Of a DNA stretch of 64,000 nt, positions 26,480-39,704 are shown piece by piece. The DNA is from Octopus sinensis. Lineage: Eukaryota. Positions within the stretch are counted from its first letter, which is position 1, and each line of letters begins with the position of its first letter. The notes beneath the pieces are model-generated. The model saw only the letters and a program-made list of their open reading frames with translations. It searched no databases and had not been told where the DNA came from. The stretch covers positions 19,591,360 to 19,655,359 of the forward strand of contig NC_043019.1 in the NCBI RefSeq assembly GCF_006345805.1, in the 5' to 3' direction. The translations under genes and the position numbers were made by a program.

Positions 26480-27670
26480 ACCTACAAAATGCTGACAACA
26501 ACTGGGAACTTTCACAGAAACAGTGATGTTGACAGGCTCTGCCGAAGAAGAAATGAAGGTGGTAGAGTGTAGACGGCCTTCGAATACCGTATCACTCAGG
26601 CAGCACTTGCTGAACAACAGCAGCAAAAATAAATACATAAATGCAGTCCTGAAAAGTGAAGTGAGCAACATTGTACGAGTGGGCAGTGAGCTCCTCAAGA
26701 AGCACCCTCTTCCTGATGATCTCCTATACAGCCCCAAAACAGCTGGGCTCTCTCTTACCTCAGAGAAGACCTGGATGGAAAGCACTCAGCATACAGAATA
26801 AAGACTATGCATGGGTATGTTGCCCGGAAGCTTGAAGATAGTAGAATTGACATGAAGCACAGCCTCTTTTGGACACAAGACCACTATATCACATCACACT
26901 TTGTAGGCTATGCGTTTGCAATCCATGAACAGGAGATGGCCACAAAGTACCTGGTGAACAAGAGAGGCAGTGATGCTTTTGTAATCCCAAGGTGCAACCC
27001 CATGTGTAGGCTATGTCATGCTTCTGTGGAAGTCATTATGCATGTGATTAGCAACTGTCCTAAAATGTTGTCACGGTACAACCTCCCAATGCGGAACGAT
27101 GTTGTTGCTTAAACAATTTACAATGCCCTCCGCAAAAAAGACTCTCCTGAAATAAACTTAGAAAATCCCTCTGTTATGGAATACATTCATAAACACCAAC
27201 TCAAGGAATACTGGTGGAATATTCCCATCAAAATTTCTGTCAAATGTAAATGTAACATTGTTGTTTGGGACAGAAGGGCAAAGGTATGTACCATGATAGA
27301 GGTCAGCTGCCCAGCGGATATAAATGTCTCTTTGAAAAACAAAGAAAAAGAGGATATCTATGGACAATTGCCTCAAAACCTCCAGCTTCTGTATCCAGAC
27401 TATGAATTCCTGTTCATTCCGATAATAATTGGAGCACTGGGTTTTGTTAGTAAATGCTTAAAGGAGAATCTGGATGAACTGGGATTTTCAGAAAGGGAAA
27501 TTGACTGGCTGATTTGTACATTACAAGTGCAGTGTGTGTAAAAATATGCAAAGCTTTTCTGAAGTTCTAAATGTGAACTTGTCTGTGTTAACTTCATACC
27601 AAATACGAAGCCTTGTATCTTTGTTGGAAACTGGTTCCTACCTTTGTGGCAAATTTGATAATAATCAAAA
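26480..27670 (+). mobile_element. R4/Dong-clade LINE 3' fragment (CCHC knuckle + restriction-like endonuclease)
   Basis: FHRNSDVDRL..EGGR; CRLCHASVEVIMHVISNC; YWW..IVVWDR..IEVSCPAD.N..KEKED.Y..PIIIGALG; ends in tgataataat. Confidence 0.85.
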
Positions 27671-27823
27671 AATAGAAAGACATACATCCATACATACAAA
27701 CAAAATACTCTGTTGTTGATGTTGAAATTCCAATGAAGGAGCCTTGGATCTTGGTTAGAAACCAGCTCTTTCTCTACTGGCAAGAAATTTTGAAATAAAA
27801 TTGAATAATGACATTATACATAC

Positions 27824-27861
<38 letters not shown>

Positions 27862-27865
<4 letters not shown>

Positions 27866-28240
27866 TCATCATCATCATCATCGTTTAACATCTGCTTTCC
27901 ATGCTAGCATGGGTTGGACGGTTCAACTGGGGTCTGGGAACATAATTGCCACATTCCCAGTCAGATCTGGCAGTGTTTCTACAGCTGGATGCCCTTCCTA
28001 ATGCCACCACTCTGAGAGTGTAGTGGGTGATTTTATGTGCCACCGACACAGGTGCCAGATGAGGCTGGCAAACGGGCACACTCAAATGGTGCTTTTTACG
28101 TGCCACCGGCACGGAGGCCAGTCAATGCGGTACTGGCTACGGCCATGTTCGGATGGTTTTCGTATGTGCCACCGGCACTGGTACCACAAAACTACAAATT
28201 CCATTAATGTTCATCGAGTTTGCTTTCGATTTTGTCCATT
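27862..28240 (-). mobile_element. RTE 3'UTR/tail fragment
   Basis: (CAT)n followed by the family UTR modules ggtgctttttacgtgccaccggcac. Confidence 0.85.
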
Positions 28241-28246
28241 TTGTCC

Positions 28247-28339
<93 letters not shown>

Positions 28340-28509
28340 GGTTATAAAATGAGATAGGGGTTGAAAATTCAACCCACCATGGGATAATATATATCCAATA
28401 TACTGCTAGATAGGTACCCAACAAAATTAATACATAGATGTTAAAAATTGTCAAACAATCAGTTCATCTATTGCATTATATGGGTAAAGGTAATAATATT
28501 ACCGTAAAT

Positions 28510-28986
28510 TAATACTACAAAATTAGAGAATGGAGAAATATACTTAAATCAGTAAAACATCAACTATCCGATGATACTCAATCCATACTTTAATACACCA
28601 TTACATATGAGTAAAGGCAATACATAAAATGAAATGAGATATACAGTAATAGTAAAAAGATAAAGAGATATAAGTAAAAAATTTTCAAATATAATATGCA
28701 AATAAATCAAAACTGACAGCTGTTTCGGCAGTGAGGACAGTCATACCTCATTTAACCTATAAGCCATAAAGGCAGGTATAAATGAGGCATTAACAAGGAT
28801 GCCCCACGGCCTCTTCAGAGAATTAAATTAAATCTCTTTATCTCTTTACTATTACTGTATATCTCATTTCATTTTATGTATTGCCTTTACTCATATGTAA
28901 TGGTGTATTAAAGTATGGATTGAGTATCATCGGATAGTTGATGTTTTACTGATTTAAGTATATTTCTCCATTCTCTAATTTTGTTG

Positions 28987-28991
<5 letters not shown>
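28510..28991. repeat. 160-bp near-perfect inverted repeat (28510-28669 / 28832-28991)
   Basis: Arms differ at only a few positions; the spacer holds a hammerhead motif. Confidence 0.9.
28709..28822 (-). ncRNA. Type-I hammerhead ribozyme motif with long extended stem II
   Basis: Minus: ct CTGAAGA ggccgtggggc..cctcattta..taaatgagg..gtcctcactgcc GAAA CAGCTG TC ag; GUC cleavage triplet; stem I is short. Confidence 0.7.
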
Positions 28992-29035
<44 letters not shown>

Positions 29036-29052
29036 CATATATATATATACAC

Positions 29053-29118
<66 letters not shown>

Positions 29119-29199
29119 CAAAGTTGAGTTGTGGGGTATCGCACGAGTGGAATTATATACGAAAGAAGGTTTGAAAATGCAATTTAAAAGAATGTTTAT

Positions 29200-29244
29200 T
29201 TACTTAACCGGTTTCACTCTTTGGAAAAAGATTGTCAAAAGTAA
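29200..29244 (-). ncRNA. Type-I hammerhead-like motif, U3-A8 core variant
   Basis: Minus: ttactt TTGACAA tctttttccaaagagt GAAA CCGG TT aagtaa; perfect 6-bp stem I. Confidence 0.55.
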
Positions 29245-30214
29245 CATATGGAAGTTTGGTTGCGTTAATTATTGGTTGTTGCAAATTGCCACATTACATG
29301 TATATATACAGTCTTTGGTAACAGGGACATGTTAAGGACATAAAAAAGTACAACAGTATGATGAGAATATTTGAAAAAATGGGCAGAAAAGATTAAAACA
29401 AATATATTATACATCTCAGGGTAATTTCCAGGAGGAAATATCAAAAAAAGTTCAGTACAGAATATTATGAATTCAAAAAAATTTACATAATTGCCACATT
29501 ACATGTATATATACAGTCTTTGGTAATAGGGACATATTAAGGGCATAAAAAAGTACAACAGTATGATGAGAATATTTGAAAAAATGGGCAGAAAAGAATA
29601 AAACAAATATATTTTTGGAAGTTTGGTTGCGTTAATAATTGGTTGTTGCAAATTGCCACATTACATGTATATATACAGTCTTTGGTAACAGGGACATGTT
29701 AAGGACATAAAAAAGTACAACAGTATGATGAGAATATTTGAAAAAATGGGCAGAAAAGATTAAAACAAATATATTATACATCTCAGGGTCAGTACAGAAT
29801 ATTATGAATTCAAGGCGAGGTTGTTTACTGACCTGTCCGTTTTAGCAGAAATGTAGAATTGAAAAAGATGTACCCGTTTTTTTCTTTTTTTGGCTTTCCT
29901 TCAAGCATCAATGATTTTGGGGTTACTACAGACACACAAACACATCTATTCACACCACATGTATGTGTATGTACGCACACATACACGCAGAGACACACAT
30001 ATTCACCTCATCCTAACCCCAAAATCATTGATGCTTGAAGGAAAGCCAAAAAAAGAAAAGAACGGGTACATCTTTTTCAATTCTACATTTCTGCTAAAAC
30101 GGACAGGTCAGTAAACAACCTCACCTTGAATTCATAATATTCTGTACTGACCCTGAGATGTATAATATATTTGTTTTAATCTTTTCTGGCCATTTTTTCA
30201 AATATTCTCATCAT

Positions 30215-30470
30215 CCGAAAAGTTCTACCTGCGACGATTTCATCTCAATCGAAGGAGAGGAGCTTTCTCCATCCGGGTTGCAGATCCGTGGAACAAGCTG
30301 CCAGACAAGATGGTGAAGATGCCGATGACCGCTTTGTTCAAAGCCTCCCTTGACCTCAAGTGGCCTGAACTCTTTACATGAACACCACCCTGTACTTAAC
30401 TCCATGTCCCCCTACATGGCCTTGCTATTTGCTTTTGAGCCAAATTAACTAACTAACTAACTAACTAACT
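30215..30470 (+). mobile_element. CR1 LINE 3' end with (TAAC)n tail, inserted in the foldback arm
   Basis: 6 substitutions relative to 62446-62695; 3' hairpin ccatgt/acatgg; no TSD; the site is empty in the opposite arm. Confidence 0.95.
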
Positions 30471-30583
30471 ACTGTTGTACTTTTTTATGTCCTTAACATG
30501 TCCCTGTTACCAAAGACTGTATATATACATGTAATGTGGCAATTTGCAACAACCAATAATTAACGCAACCAAACTTCCATATG

Positions 30584-30628
30584 TTACTTTTGACAATCTT
30601 TTTCCAAAGAGTGAAACCGGTTAAGTAA
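30584..30628 (+). ncRNA. Type-I hammerhead-like motif, U3-A8 core variant (mirror copy)
   Basis: ttactt TTGACAA tctttttccaaagagt GAAA CCGG TT aagtaa. Confidence 0.55.
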
Positions 30629-30666
30629 ATAAACATCTTTTAAATTGCATTTTCAAACCTTCTTTC

Positions 30667-30729
<63 letters not shown>

Positions 30730-31066
30730 CATATATATATATATATACATATATATACATATATATGTATATATATGCATGTATATATATATATTTGTTA
30801 GCATATACTTTTAATAGCATTAATGATAATTAAATGTTATATAATTATTTTATTTGGTCCATGTAATACTGAGCACTGTATAATAGATTCTTATAGAGTT
30901 TAATGGCAGCCAGCATCTTTGTCACCTACTTTTCCAATCAACTCTGACCCACCTCCACAGTTCTCATTTCAGTTTTTGCTCCTGGCAACTCATTATGCAT
31001 CCTCACTTGTCCTGTAGGTATATGATATTTGGGTGCTTTCGTTTCTGCCACCATACACATGTATGC

Positions 31067-31141
<75 letters not shown>

Positions 31142-31189
31142 GTTGGATGTATACATGTGTGTTTGCATATGGATATAGATATTTAAGCC

Positions 31190-33930
31190 CCTTGCTGTGT
31201 GTGCACACCCCATCCTCCCTTCTTGCCAATCTGAAGCCCCGTCCCCTTCCTTTGCCTCTCCCTTTTGGTGCACTCACTCTAGATGGTGTACAGAATTTAG
31301 GAAATTGTAATTCTTTGAGTAAATTAACTATTATCTATGTACCAGATTTCTCTGCCAGCTCACAGGTCTTCTTTACAGGCACTGACAACAGCCATATTCC
31401 AACTGTCTTCCCTCTCTTCCTTGCAAGTACAACGACTTTAGGGCAGCCATTATCAGTGTAGGTGCAATGAAAGGTAGGACTGGTGAGATTGCTGAAAAGA
31501 TTGAGTTTTGTTATGTAGGTGTGTGATGTGCAAGAAGCAAAACCGAAGAGAGCCTCTGCTACATTCCACCTACATTCCAAAGAACATAGGTACAAATTCC
31601 TTTTTGTAGGCAACAGTAATATGATGGGTGGTGTAGGCATACTTTTGGCAGAAAAATGGGTAGATAAGGTAATTTAGATAGTCAGAGTGTGTGATGAGAT
31701 TGTTAAGCTGGGACTTATCTTAGATAAACGAACAGTTATATTTATCTCTGTCTATGCTCCACATTCTGAGCTGACAAATGATTAGAAAGACCAATTTTTA
31801 TGAGGTCCTTTTGCATACTATCTCAACAACAAATGATAGAGACTTGATTATTGTGACGGATTACTTCAATGGACATATTACGCAGTATCCTCATGGATTT
31901 CTTGGCGTGTATGGAGGTTATGGTTTTGGCTCTAGAAATTAGAAGGGAACAAGGTTCCTGGAGTTCTGTCATGCAAATGATCTGATGATTTGAAACATTA
32001 GCTTCAAGCAACCAGCCAGTTAGCCACCTAATCCCCTATCAATCCAGTGGGCACACAAGCCAGATTGACTACATCCTTACTAGACAATGAGACAGACAGA
32101 TGCTTGGAAATACAAAGTCTTTCTCAGTTGAAGATTAGTAGTTAGTGACATCAGAATTAGAGCCAAGACTTGGACAAACAAACAAGTTTGGAAAAAGAGG
32201 TCATGGAAGCTCAAAGATCCAACAAACAGGCAGAAAGTAGGAGACTGGCCAGTATTTTACAGTATCAGGGTCAGAAGCATGAGGTGCTCTGGATTGCAAA
32301 ACAGTGGATTAGAGAGAGAAAAGGAGATATGTTGTAGGTGAGAAGTGTGTGTAGACAGATAATGGCAATGCATTGACCTAACAGAGGGATCAGCTATCCT
32401 AGTTCACAGCAGTATGATAGATAAGGCAATTAAGGACATGAACACTGGGAAGGCTCTTTGTCCATCAGGAATTGCCACGAAGATGCTTAAAATACTCTGG
32501 TGGAGTAGGATATGGCCTAGTTGCCTGTATGGTGAGTCAAGTTATACAGGAAGGTATCATATCTGATGACTAGTGCAGCAGTATTATGGTTGGCCGTTAC
32601 AAGGAAGATGCCTTAGAAGTAATTGAAGAGGTATCGAAATACTGGTCAAAGTCATGAAAGTTGTGGAGAGAGTTATTAAAGCCCAAGTTAAACTCACTTC
32701 CAAGTGAGAGAAATGCAAGAAAAGTATAAAGCTAAAAGTAAACCATTGTGCTTGGCATTTGTTAATCTGGAGAAAGTCTTTGACAGCATCCCTTGTTCTG
32801 TTATCTGGTGGTCTTTAAGGAGGTTAGGAGTAGATAAATGGCTTGTTAGAGCCATAAAAGTCATGTATAGTGATGCAGTCAGTAGGGTGAAAGTCAGCCA
32901 CGTGATGAGTTCAGCATGCAGGTAGGAGTTTGCTAGGGCTCAGATCTCTGTGTCCTTTTACTCATCATAGTCCTCCAGGCCATAATAGAGGAATTTAAAA
33001 CTGGTTTGCCATGGGAACTACTATAAGCTTATGACCTCATCTTATAGTGGAATTCTAGGTTGTTTCCATACCAGGAAAAGAAATTCCAGATATAGAAGAA
33101 AAACCTGGAATCAAAGGGCTTTAAAGTTAACCCGGTGAAGATCAAAGTTGTTAGACAATACTGTCTTTCTTTTAGGTAAATGGTCCTGCTCAATATGTAG
33201 GAAAGGTGTTGGAAGAAATTCCATTTGTTGTATCTGGCACTAACTATGGACACATAAAAGGTACAATGAAATCACAGATCAGTCAACAAAGAGTTTGTTT
33301 TTTGTATATGCATAAGAACAATAAGCACTAAGGACACACAGGAATTCAATTTTCTCAAATGTCCATGAGGAGTTGCTGTTACATAGGGTGTCTGTTACCT
33401 AGGTAACCAAATTAGCAATGGAAGGGGACATTCTGAAAGTATTATTGCTAGAATATGAATCGGATGGAGGAAGTTCAGATACCTCTGTTGGCAACTAAAA
33501 GCCTCTTTCTCAGAGTGAAAGGAAGATTGTACGATGCTTGTGTGTGAATGGCTATGCTCCATGGTAAGGAAGCCTGAGCCCTGAATGCAGACAACATGTG
33601 TAGACTAGAGCAGAATGGAGCTAGTATGCTCCATTGGATGTACAAAACATCAGTGCATATATATGACAAAGTGTAAATGAGATAAAATTCATGCATAAAA
33701 GGAATCATGCAAGAGAGAAGACAACGAGGTTTCGGTCGTGTGATGCATATGAATGAGGAGAGGTGTATAAAGAAGTGTTGATTGCTTAAAGTGGATGGAA
33801 GCTGTGGAAGGAGGAGGAGACCCTAGAAGACATTGGATGAAGTGTTGAAGACTGATCTCAAGATGTTGTGCATCATGGAGAGGACAATGGACTGGAATGC
33901 CTGGTAATACGAGAATGAGGTTCTTGAGAA
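31190..33930 (+). mobile_element. Near full-length but heavily decayed RTE LINE
   Basis: APE (GGVGILLAEKWVDKV, SVYAP), RT (MQEKY..LAFVNLEKVFDSIP; PWELL*AYDL) and C-terminus (GRLYDACV..WFGRV..GRRRP). Confidence 0.85.
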
Positions 33931-34479
33931 GCATCACCATCCTCAGCAGAACGAAACTCTGCAAGCTCTGTGTATGATGTGCTCTCTTCACCCACACATT
34001 ACATGAATCCACCCCTTTTCCTATCCAATTAACCAAACTGCATATTATACATCATGCTTGTCTCTCCTCCTCCTCATCCTCCTACCACCCTTCAAGCCCC
34101 TATCCTTCCCCACTGTTCTTCACCTGCCAAATGTATCATTGCTATTCTGCCACCACTCCCCCTTTGTAACCCTATTCAACACTCTCTGCATTCCCCTTCT
34201 CTCCTTCTCTCCGTTTGCTCTCCCACGAACTGCCTGCTCATGCATCCTGTCCAATCTTCTCCACTTACATTCACTTCGCTGTACCATGAGAACACACCGC
34301 CCCCCCCCCCCACCGCCAACTAGGGTAACCTTGGATCTCCTTTACAACAAGACACTTGTTTCTGATCCTCTATCATAGTTTAACTTCTCTTCACCTGGTA
34401 TGAAGCCACCCCCGTCAATACCCCCCCTCTCAATTGAGGGATCCATGTCTCGCAAGTTACTTGATGACCTTTTTGGTAC

Positions 34480-34655
34480 CAGTACCTTATGTAAAGAGAT
34501 TGGCATTTGGAAGAGCATCCTGCTGTAGAAACTCTGCCAAAAGTGAAAGTAGTGCTTAGTGCAGTCCGATGGCTTCCAGGCTCCTGTCAAACCATCCAAC
34601 TCATGCCAGCATGGAAAACAGACTTTAAATGCTGCTGCTGCTGATGATGATAAAG
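34480..34655 (+). mobile_element. RTE 3' tail fragment
   Basis: gaagagcatcctgctgtagaaac..ccatccaactcatgccagcatggaaaac..gatgatgat. Confidence 0.75.
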
Positions 34656-34832
34656 ATATGCATGCATACATGTATACATGTGTGTGTGTACATCCTGGCC
34701 TTATCATGTGATGATTGTAAACATGTAACGTCATACACATCATGTTGTGTGCTTTTAGTTTTCCATAAAAAACATGTTTAGCCATGGGAAAATATTGCCT
34801 TGTTTGGAAATAGGTGAAGGATGGCAACTTGG

Positions 34833-34873
<41 letters not shown>

Positions 34874-34877
<4 letters not shown>

Positions 34878-35398
34878 GTGATTGGAAAGTAACTCCTTAT
34901 TTTAAAATACTTATGAATTATTTATTAATTACAACTTTTTTCTCTATTTTGTGTTTTGTTTTTTGTAGTTTGAGAATTTAATCTGTAGTTATATTGCTCT
35001 TGTTGTTTGTGAATGATTGAATACCCATTTCTCTTGGAGATGAATGGGTCATTGTGGTCCACATGAGTGGCCAGCCAGGGGTCTTGACTCAACATCCTGT
35101 GACTTCTTTCTTTGGAGTTGGCTAAAAGAACAAGTTTACTGCACCAAACCAAAGACTTTGGCAGAACTTGAAGGGTGAATATGAGAATTTATGTCTTTCA
35201 TCCTGCCAGAGTTCTTGGTGAAACCAGTTGACACAATTCTGGGTGGACTCAAGAAGCCAGTGGCAACATCTGGGGCCCATATCGAATTTTGAATAAAACC
35301 TCAAAAGCTCTTCTCTCATAATCAATTTTTATAAAACTTACAATTAATAAATAATTCATAAGCATTTTAAAATAGGGAGTTACTTTTCAAACACCCTG
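34874..35398 (+). mobile_element. Non-autonomous Tc1/mariner deletion derivative (rosa/DD41D-like)
   Basis: TIRs cagggtgattggaaagtaactccttattttaaaat and its imperfect mirror; TA on the right; internal HEWPARGLDSTSCDFFLWSWLKEQVY. Confidence 0.8.
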
Positions 35399-35404
35399 TA
35401 TATA

Positions 35405-36672
35405 TATCATCACTGTTTAACGTCCATTTTCCATGCTGGCATGGGTTGGACGGTTCGATTGGGGGTCTGGGAAACCAGGAGGCTGCACCAGGCTCCAATC
35501 TGATCTGGCAGTGTTCCCTATAGCTGGATGTCCTTCCTAATGCCAACCACTCAGAGAGTGTAGTGGGTGCTTTTTATGTGCCACCAGCACGGGGAGCCAG
35601 ACAGGTGGTGCTGGCATCAGCCACAACTACAATTGTGGTTTGATTTGATTTTGATGTTGATGTACTTGATTCAATATGTCTCCTCAAGCACGGCATGTCA
35701 CCCTATGATCCAAGGTACTTTTGAGTGGGTTGATTATGTGACACTGGCGTAGGCTACAGCTGTGATCTCAATTTATTTGCTGGGTCTTCTCGGTCACAGC
35801 ATATCTCCAGAGATCTCGACTTTTGTCATTGCCTCTCAAGGCGCTTACACTCCATTGTGTGCATGCACACTCACATTACACATCCAGTGGATCTTGCTAG
35901 CTTCATTTTTTCTGAGCCTACGCATGTCCTCCACACTCACGACCCATGTTTCACTGCTGTGAAGCATGGCAGTTCACACACATGCATCGCACAATCTACC
36001 TTTCACTCTGAGCAAGAGGCCCTTTGTTGTCAGTAGGGGTAGAAGCATTCTAAACTTTGCCCGGTTATTCTTATTCTAGTGGTAACACTCTCTGAGCAGC
36101 CATCATCACTACAGACTTGGTCACCTAGGTAGTGGAAACTATCAACTACTTCTAGTTTTTCACCCTGGCATGGTCTGGAAGGGACTTTGCACCAACCGCA
36201 GACTTGGTCTGTAGCACTTAGTAGCTGCCCATAGGAATTTCCAGCTACACTCTATGTCTGAGGTCTGTAGCTCCTCCTCCCCCTCATTAAACTTCTTGAT
36301 GATGATGTCCCTAAATTTCTGACAATGTGAAGGGTTCATTAGCTTCCAAATCCTTCTTTTCTGGATTGATCTGCTTCTGGCCTTGAGTCTAAAGTCACTA
36401 ATGACTAGTCTATGCAGGGAGGGGGGGGGGGTAGATTCTTAACCTGGGAGGGTCGTTGTGATTTAGAGCAACCATTCTGGCTTGCAGAGTCACCTGATTG
36501 ATAGATTATCAGGTGGCTCTCTGGCTTCCTGAAGTTAGTGTTGCAGATTAAAAGGTTACATTTATCACAGAACTCCAGTAGCCTGGTTCCCACCTCGTTT
36601 TGGGAACCAATATTATGGCCCCCTGTGTACACTTGTGAAGATACTGGATTGCCATCCAACATGCCCCATATA

Positions 36673-36690
<18 letters not shown>
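35405..36690 (-). mobile_element. RTE LINE with large internal gaps (APE piece, C-terminus, 3'UTR)
   Basis: GTRLLEFCDKCNLLICNTNFRKPESHL, VDSFHYLGD, GRLCDACV, then the tail. Confidence 0.85.
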
Positions 36691-36734
<44 letters not shown>

Positions 36735-36765
36735 GACATGCACACACACACACACATACACACAC

Positions 36766-36803
36766 ACAGGATGATTGAAAAATAACTCCCTATTTTAAAT
36801 ATC
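36766..36803 (+). mobile_element. Solo TIR of the 34874-type element
   Basis: caggatgattgaaaaataactccctattttaaatat. Confidence 0.6.
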
Positions 36804-36805
36804 CT

Positions 36806-36908
36806 TATCATCGTTTAATGTCCGCTTTCCATGCTGGCATGGGTTGGATGGTTTGACTGGGGTCGGGGAAGCCAGGAGGCTGCACCAGGCTTCAAGCTGA
36901 TCTGCCAG

Positions 36909-36915
<7 letters not shown>
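36806..36915 (-). mobile_element. RTE tail stub
   Basis: tcatcgtttaatgtccgctttccatgctggcatgggttgg. Confidence 0.8.
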
Positions 36916-36995
<80 letters not shown>

Positions 36996-37198
36996 CATAT
37001 GTGTATGTATATATGTGTATGTATATATATATATATATAAAGGGAAAGTTTACGAAAATAAACAAAAGACGAAGGCAGGTGGAGTACAAACAAACCAATG
37101 TATTAGTATAGCGCTCAGATATGTATGCATGTATATATGTGTATGTATATATCTATGTATATATATGTATGTGTGTGTGTGTGTATGTATGTCTATAT

Positions 37199-37595
37199 AG
37201 GTGCAGGCATGGCTGTGGAAAGAAGTTAGCTTCCCAAGTACATGATTCCAGGTTCAGTCCCATTGTGCAAGTGTCTTCTAGTATAGTTTTGGGCCAACTA
37301 AAGCCTTGTTGGGATTTGGTAGATGGAAACTGAAAGAAGCCCACCATATATCTATATATATCTATGTGTGTTTCTTTATGTTTGCACTTGTCACCCCCCC
37401 CCCCATCTCTGCTTCACAACTGGTGATGGTTTGTTTACGTCCCTGTAAGTTAGTAGTATGGCAAAAGAGATTGATAGAATAAGTACTTGGCTTAAAAGTA
37501 AGTCACACTGTCGATTTGTTCAACTAAAAATTCTTCAAGGTGCTGCCCCAGCATGGCCACACTCTAACGACTGACACAAGTAAAAGATAAAAAGA
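37199..37595 (+). mobile_element. SINE family B, near full length
   Basis: ggtgcaggcatggctgtgg..caggttcagtccc..acaagtaaaagataaaaaga. Confidence 0.85.
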
Positions 37596-38166
37596 TATAT
37601 ATAATATTATACATACATAAAACATAAAATAAGATATATAAATAAATAAAATAAAATAAAATAAAATATATAAACTGGACAAGAAAGAAAGAAAAAGAAG
37701 AAAACAATCTGTTTTTTATCCAGGGAAAGTTTTTGCTTTTTTCTTCTTTTTCTTCTTTTGTTGTTTATATGTTTTATTTCATTTAATTTTTTTTTAGATA
37801 TTTAACTATAAAGACAATCATAGCAATACCTCATTCCCTAAACGAAGTGGGTAAATAGATGAGAAGGTCTTTAGTGAGGCACCACAGTTTATGTATGAAT
37901 GCACCTGATGTGACCCAGGCTGCCAGATTGATGCAACATAGTATGATGCCCAGCATCCCACCTTTAAAGCACAGTTGCAGGACGGCTCAAAACAGTCATC
38001 GTGCAAAACAAAGAGTAATTCCAGTTCCATCTTTTGTTTACTTAATCGATTATTATCCTGAAGCAGATGACACCAGCTTCACCAAACTGTCCAGGGCTTT
38101 AATCAACACATCAGCACACTAATTAACATATGCTCATTAGTCTCAAAATATTAAATACATACATAT

Positions 38167-38670
38167 ATCATCATCATCATCACCATCGTTTAACGTCTGT
38201 TTTCCATGTTGGACGGTTGGACTGGGGTCTGGGAAGCCAGGGGCTGCACCAGGCGCCAATCTGATCTGGCAGTGTTTCTACAGCCGAATGTCCTCCCTAA
38301 TGCCAACCACTCCGAGAGTGTAGTGGGTGCTTTTTACGTGCCACCAGCACAGGGGCCAGAGGGGGCTGGCACTGACCATGTTTAGATGCTGCTTTTATGT
38401 GCCACCGACATGGTCGCCAGTAAAAGTAGCACTGGCATCAGCCACATTTGGATGGTGCTTTTCATGTGCCACTGGTACGGGGAGCCAGACAGGTGGTGCT
38501 GGCATCAGCCACAACTACAATTTCCATTTGATTGTGGTTTGATATTTATTTTGATGTTGATGTACTTGACTCAATAGGTTTCCTCAAGCACAGCAGGTCG
38601 CCCTACGATCCAAGGTACTTTTGAGTGGGTTGATTATGCGACATTGGCGTAGGCGACAGCTGTGATCTCA
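38167..38670 (-). mobile_element. RTE 3'UTR/tail fragment
   Basis: (CAT)n followed by family UTR modules. Confidence 0.85.
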
Positions 38671-39164
38671 ATTTATATCTGTGTGCATGTGTGTGTGTGT
38701 GCATATGAATATGTGTGTATGAGTGTGTGCAGAAGTATATGTATGTGCGTGTATGTATGTGTGTGTGGGTGTATGCATATGTGTAGGTGAATGTACATGT
38801 GTGCGTATGTGTGTGTGTGTGTGTGTGTATGTGTATATATATATATATACATACACGCAGATACACACACACACACATGCACACACATATGTACAGGGTT
38901 GGCTTAACTGCTTAAGGTTTTATGCTTGATTATCTGTGAAACTCTTAGATTAAGACGTACTTTGTCCTGACACACCAGACTCTACGTGTGCGTCTGTATA
39001 TGTGTCTGTCCATGACTATGTGTATGTATCCACATTCATATATGTACATGTGTTTACCTTTCTCGTTAATTATCTCTCCAAACATAAGTGTAACATCTGT
39101 TGACATATTAAATTTCCCCATTAAAAATGAATTTGCACTTTTAGGTGTGACATACTTTCTAACC

Positions 39165-39400
39165 AGGTGGTCTAGTGTTCAATTCTGTTGTATGGCACGT
39201 TGGGCAAGTGTCTTCTGCTGTAGTACTGGGACGACCAATGCCTTGTGAGGAAATTTGGTAGATGAAAACTGAAGAAAACTTGCATGTGTGAGTGTGTGTG
39301 TGTGTGTGTGGAGGCACAATGGCTCAGCGGACTCACAGTCGTATCGCGGTTTCAATTCCCAGACCGGGCTTTGTGAGTGTTTATTGAGTGAAGACCCCTT
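39165..39400 (+). mobile_element. Partial SINE family B (39165-39280) followed by a separate SINE-like head (39311-39400)
   Basis: gttcaattctg..ttgggcaagtgtcttc..; ggaggcacaatggctcag..ggtttcaattccc. Confidence 0.6.
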
Positions 39401-39626
39401 GTGTGTATAGATCAAAACAGTTTGATTCAAATCCTTGGCACTCTGAGTTTCAATGGAATTTGGAGCAACTGTATATATATTTTCAGGATTCAAAGGTATC
39501 AAGTATTTAGATAGTAAAAGCACCAAGAGAGAGTCTGGGATGGTGCTCCTGTGTACCAACAATGTAATATCTGATATTCAACATATCTGAAACAGCTGTG
39601 GTGAACATCAACCTATCTGCATTATC

Positions 39627-39703
<77 letters not shown>

Positions 39704-39704
<1 letters not shown>

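Larger units (their letters stand above)
29156..30671. mobile_element. Young ~1.5-kb foldback element with terminal hammerhead-like motifs
   Basis: Arms 29156-29925 and 30014-30671 around an 88-bp CA-rich spacer. The left arm has an internal triplication; the right arm has a CR1 insertion; (TA)n lies just outside the right arm and about 40 bp outside the left arm. Confidence 0.85.

Noticed and set aside
27720-27760. ccaatga..gaaaccagctc hammerhead-like string
   Set aside because: Two core mismatches and no stem I pairing.
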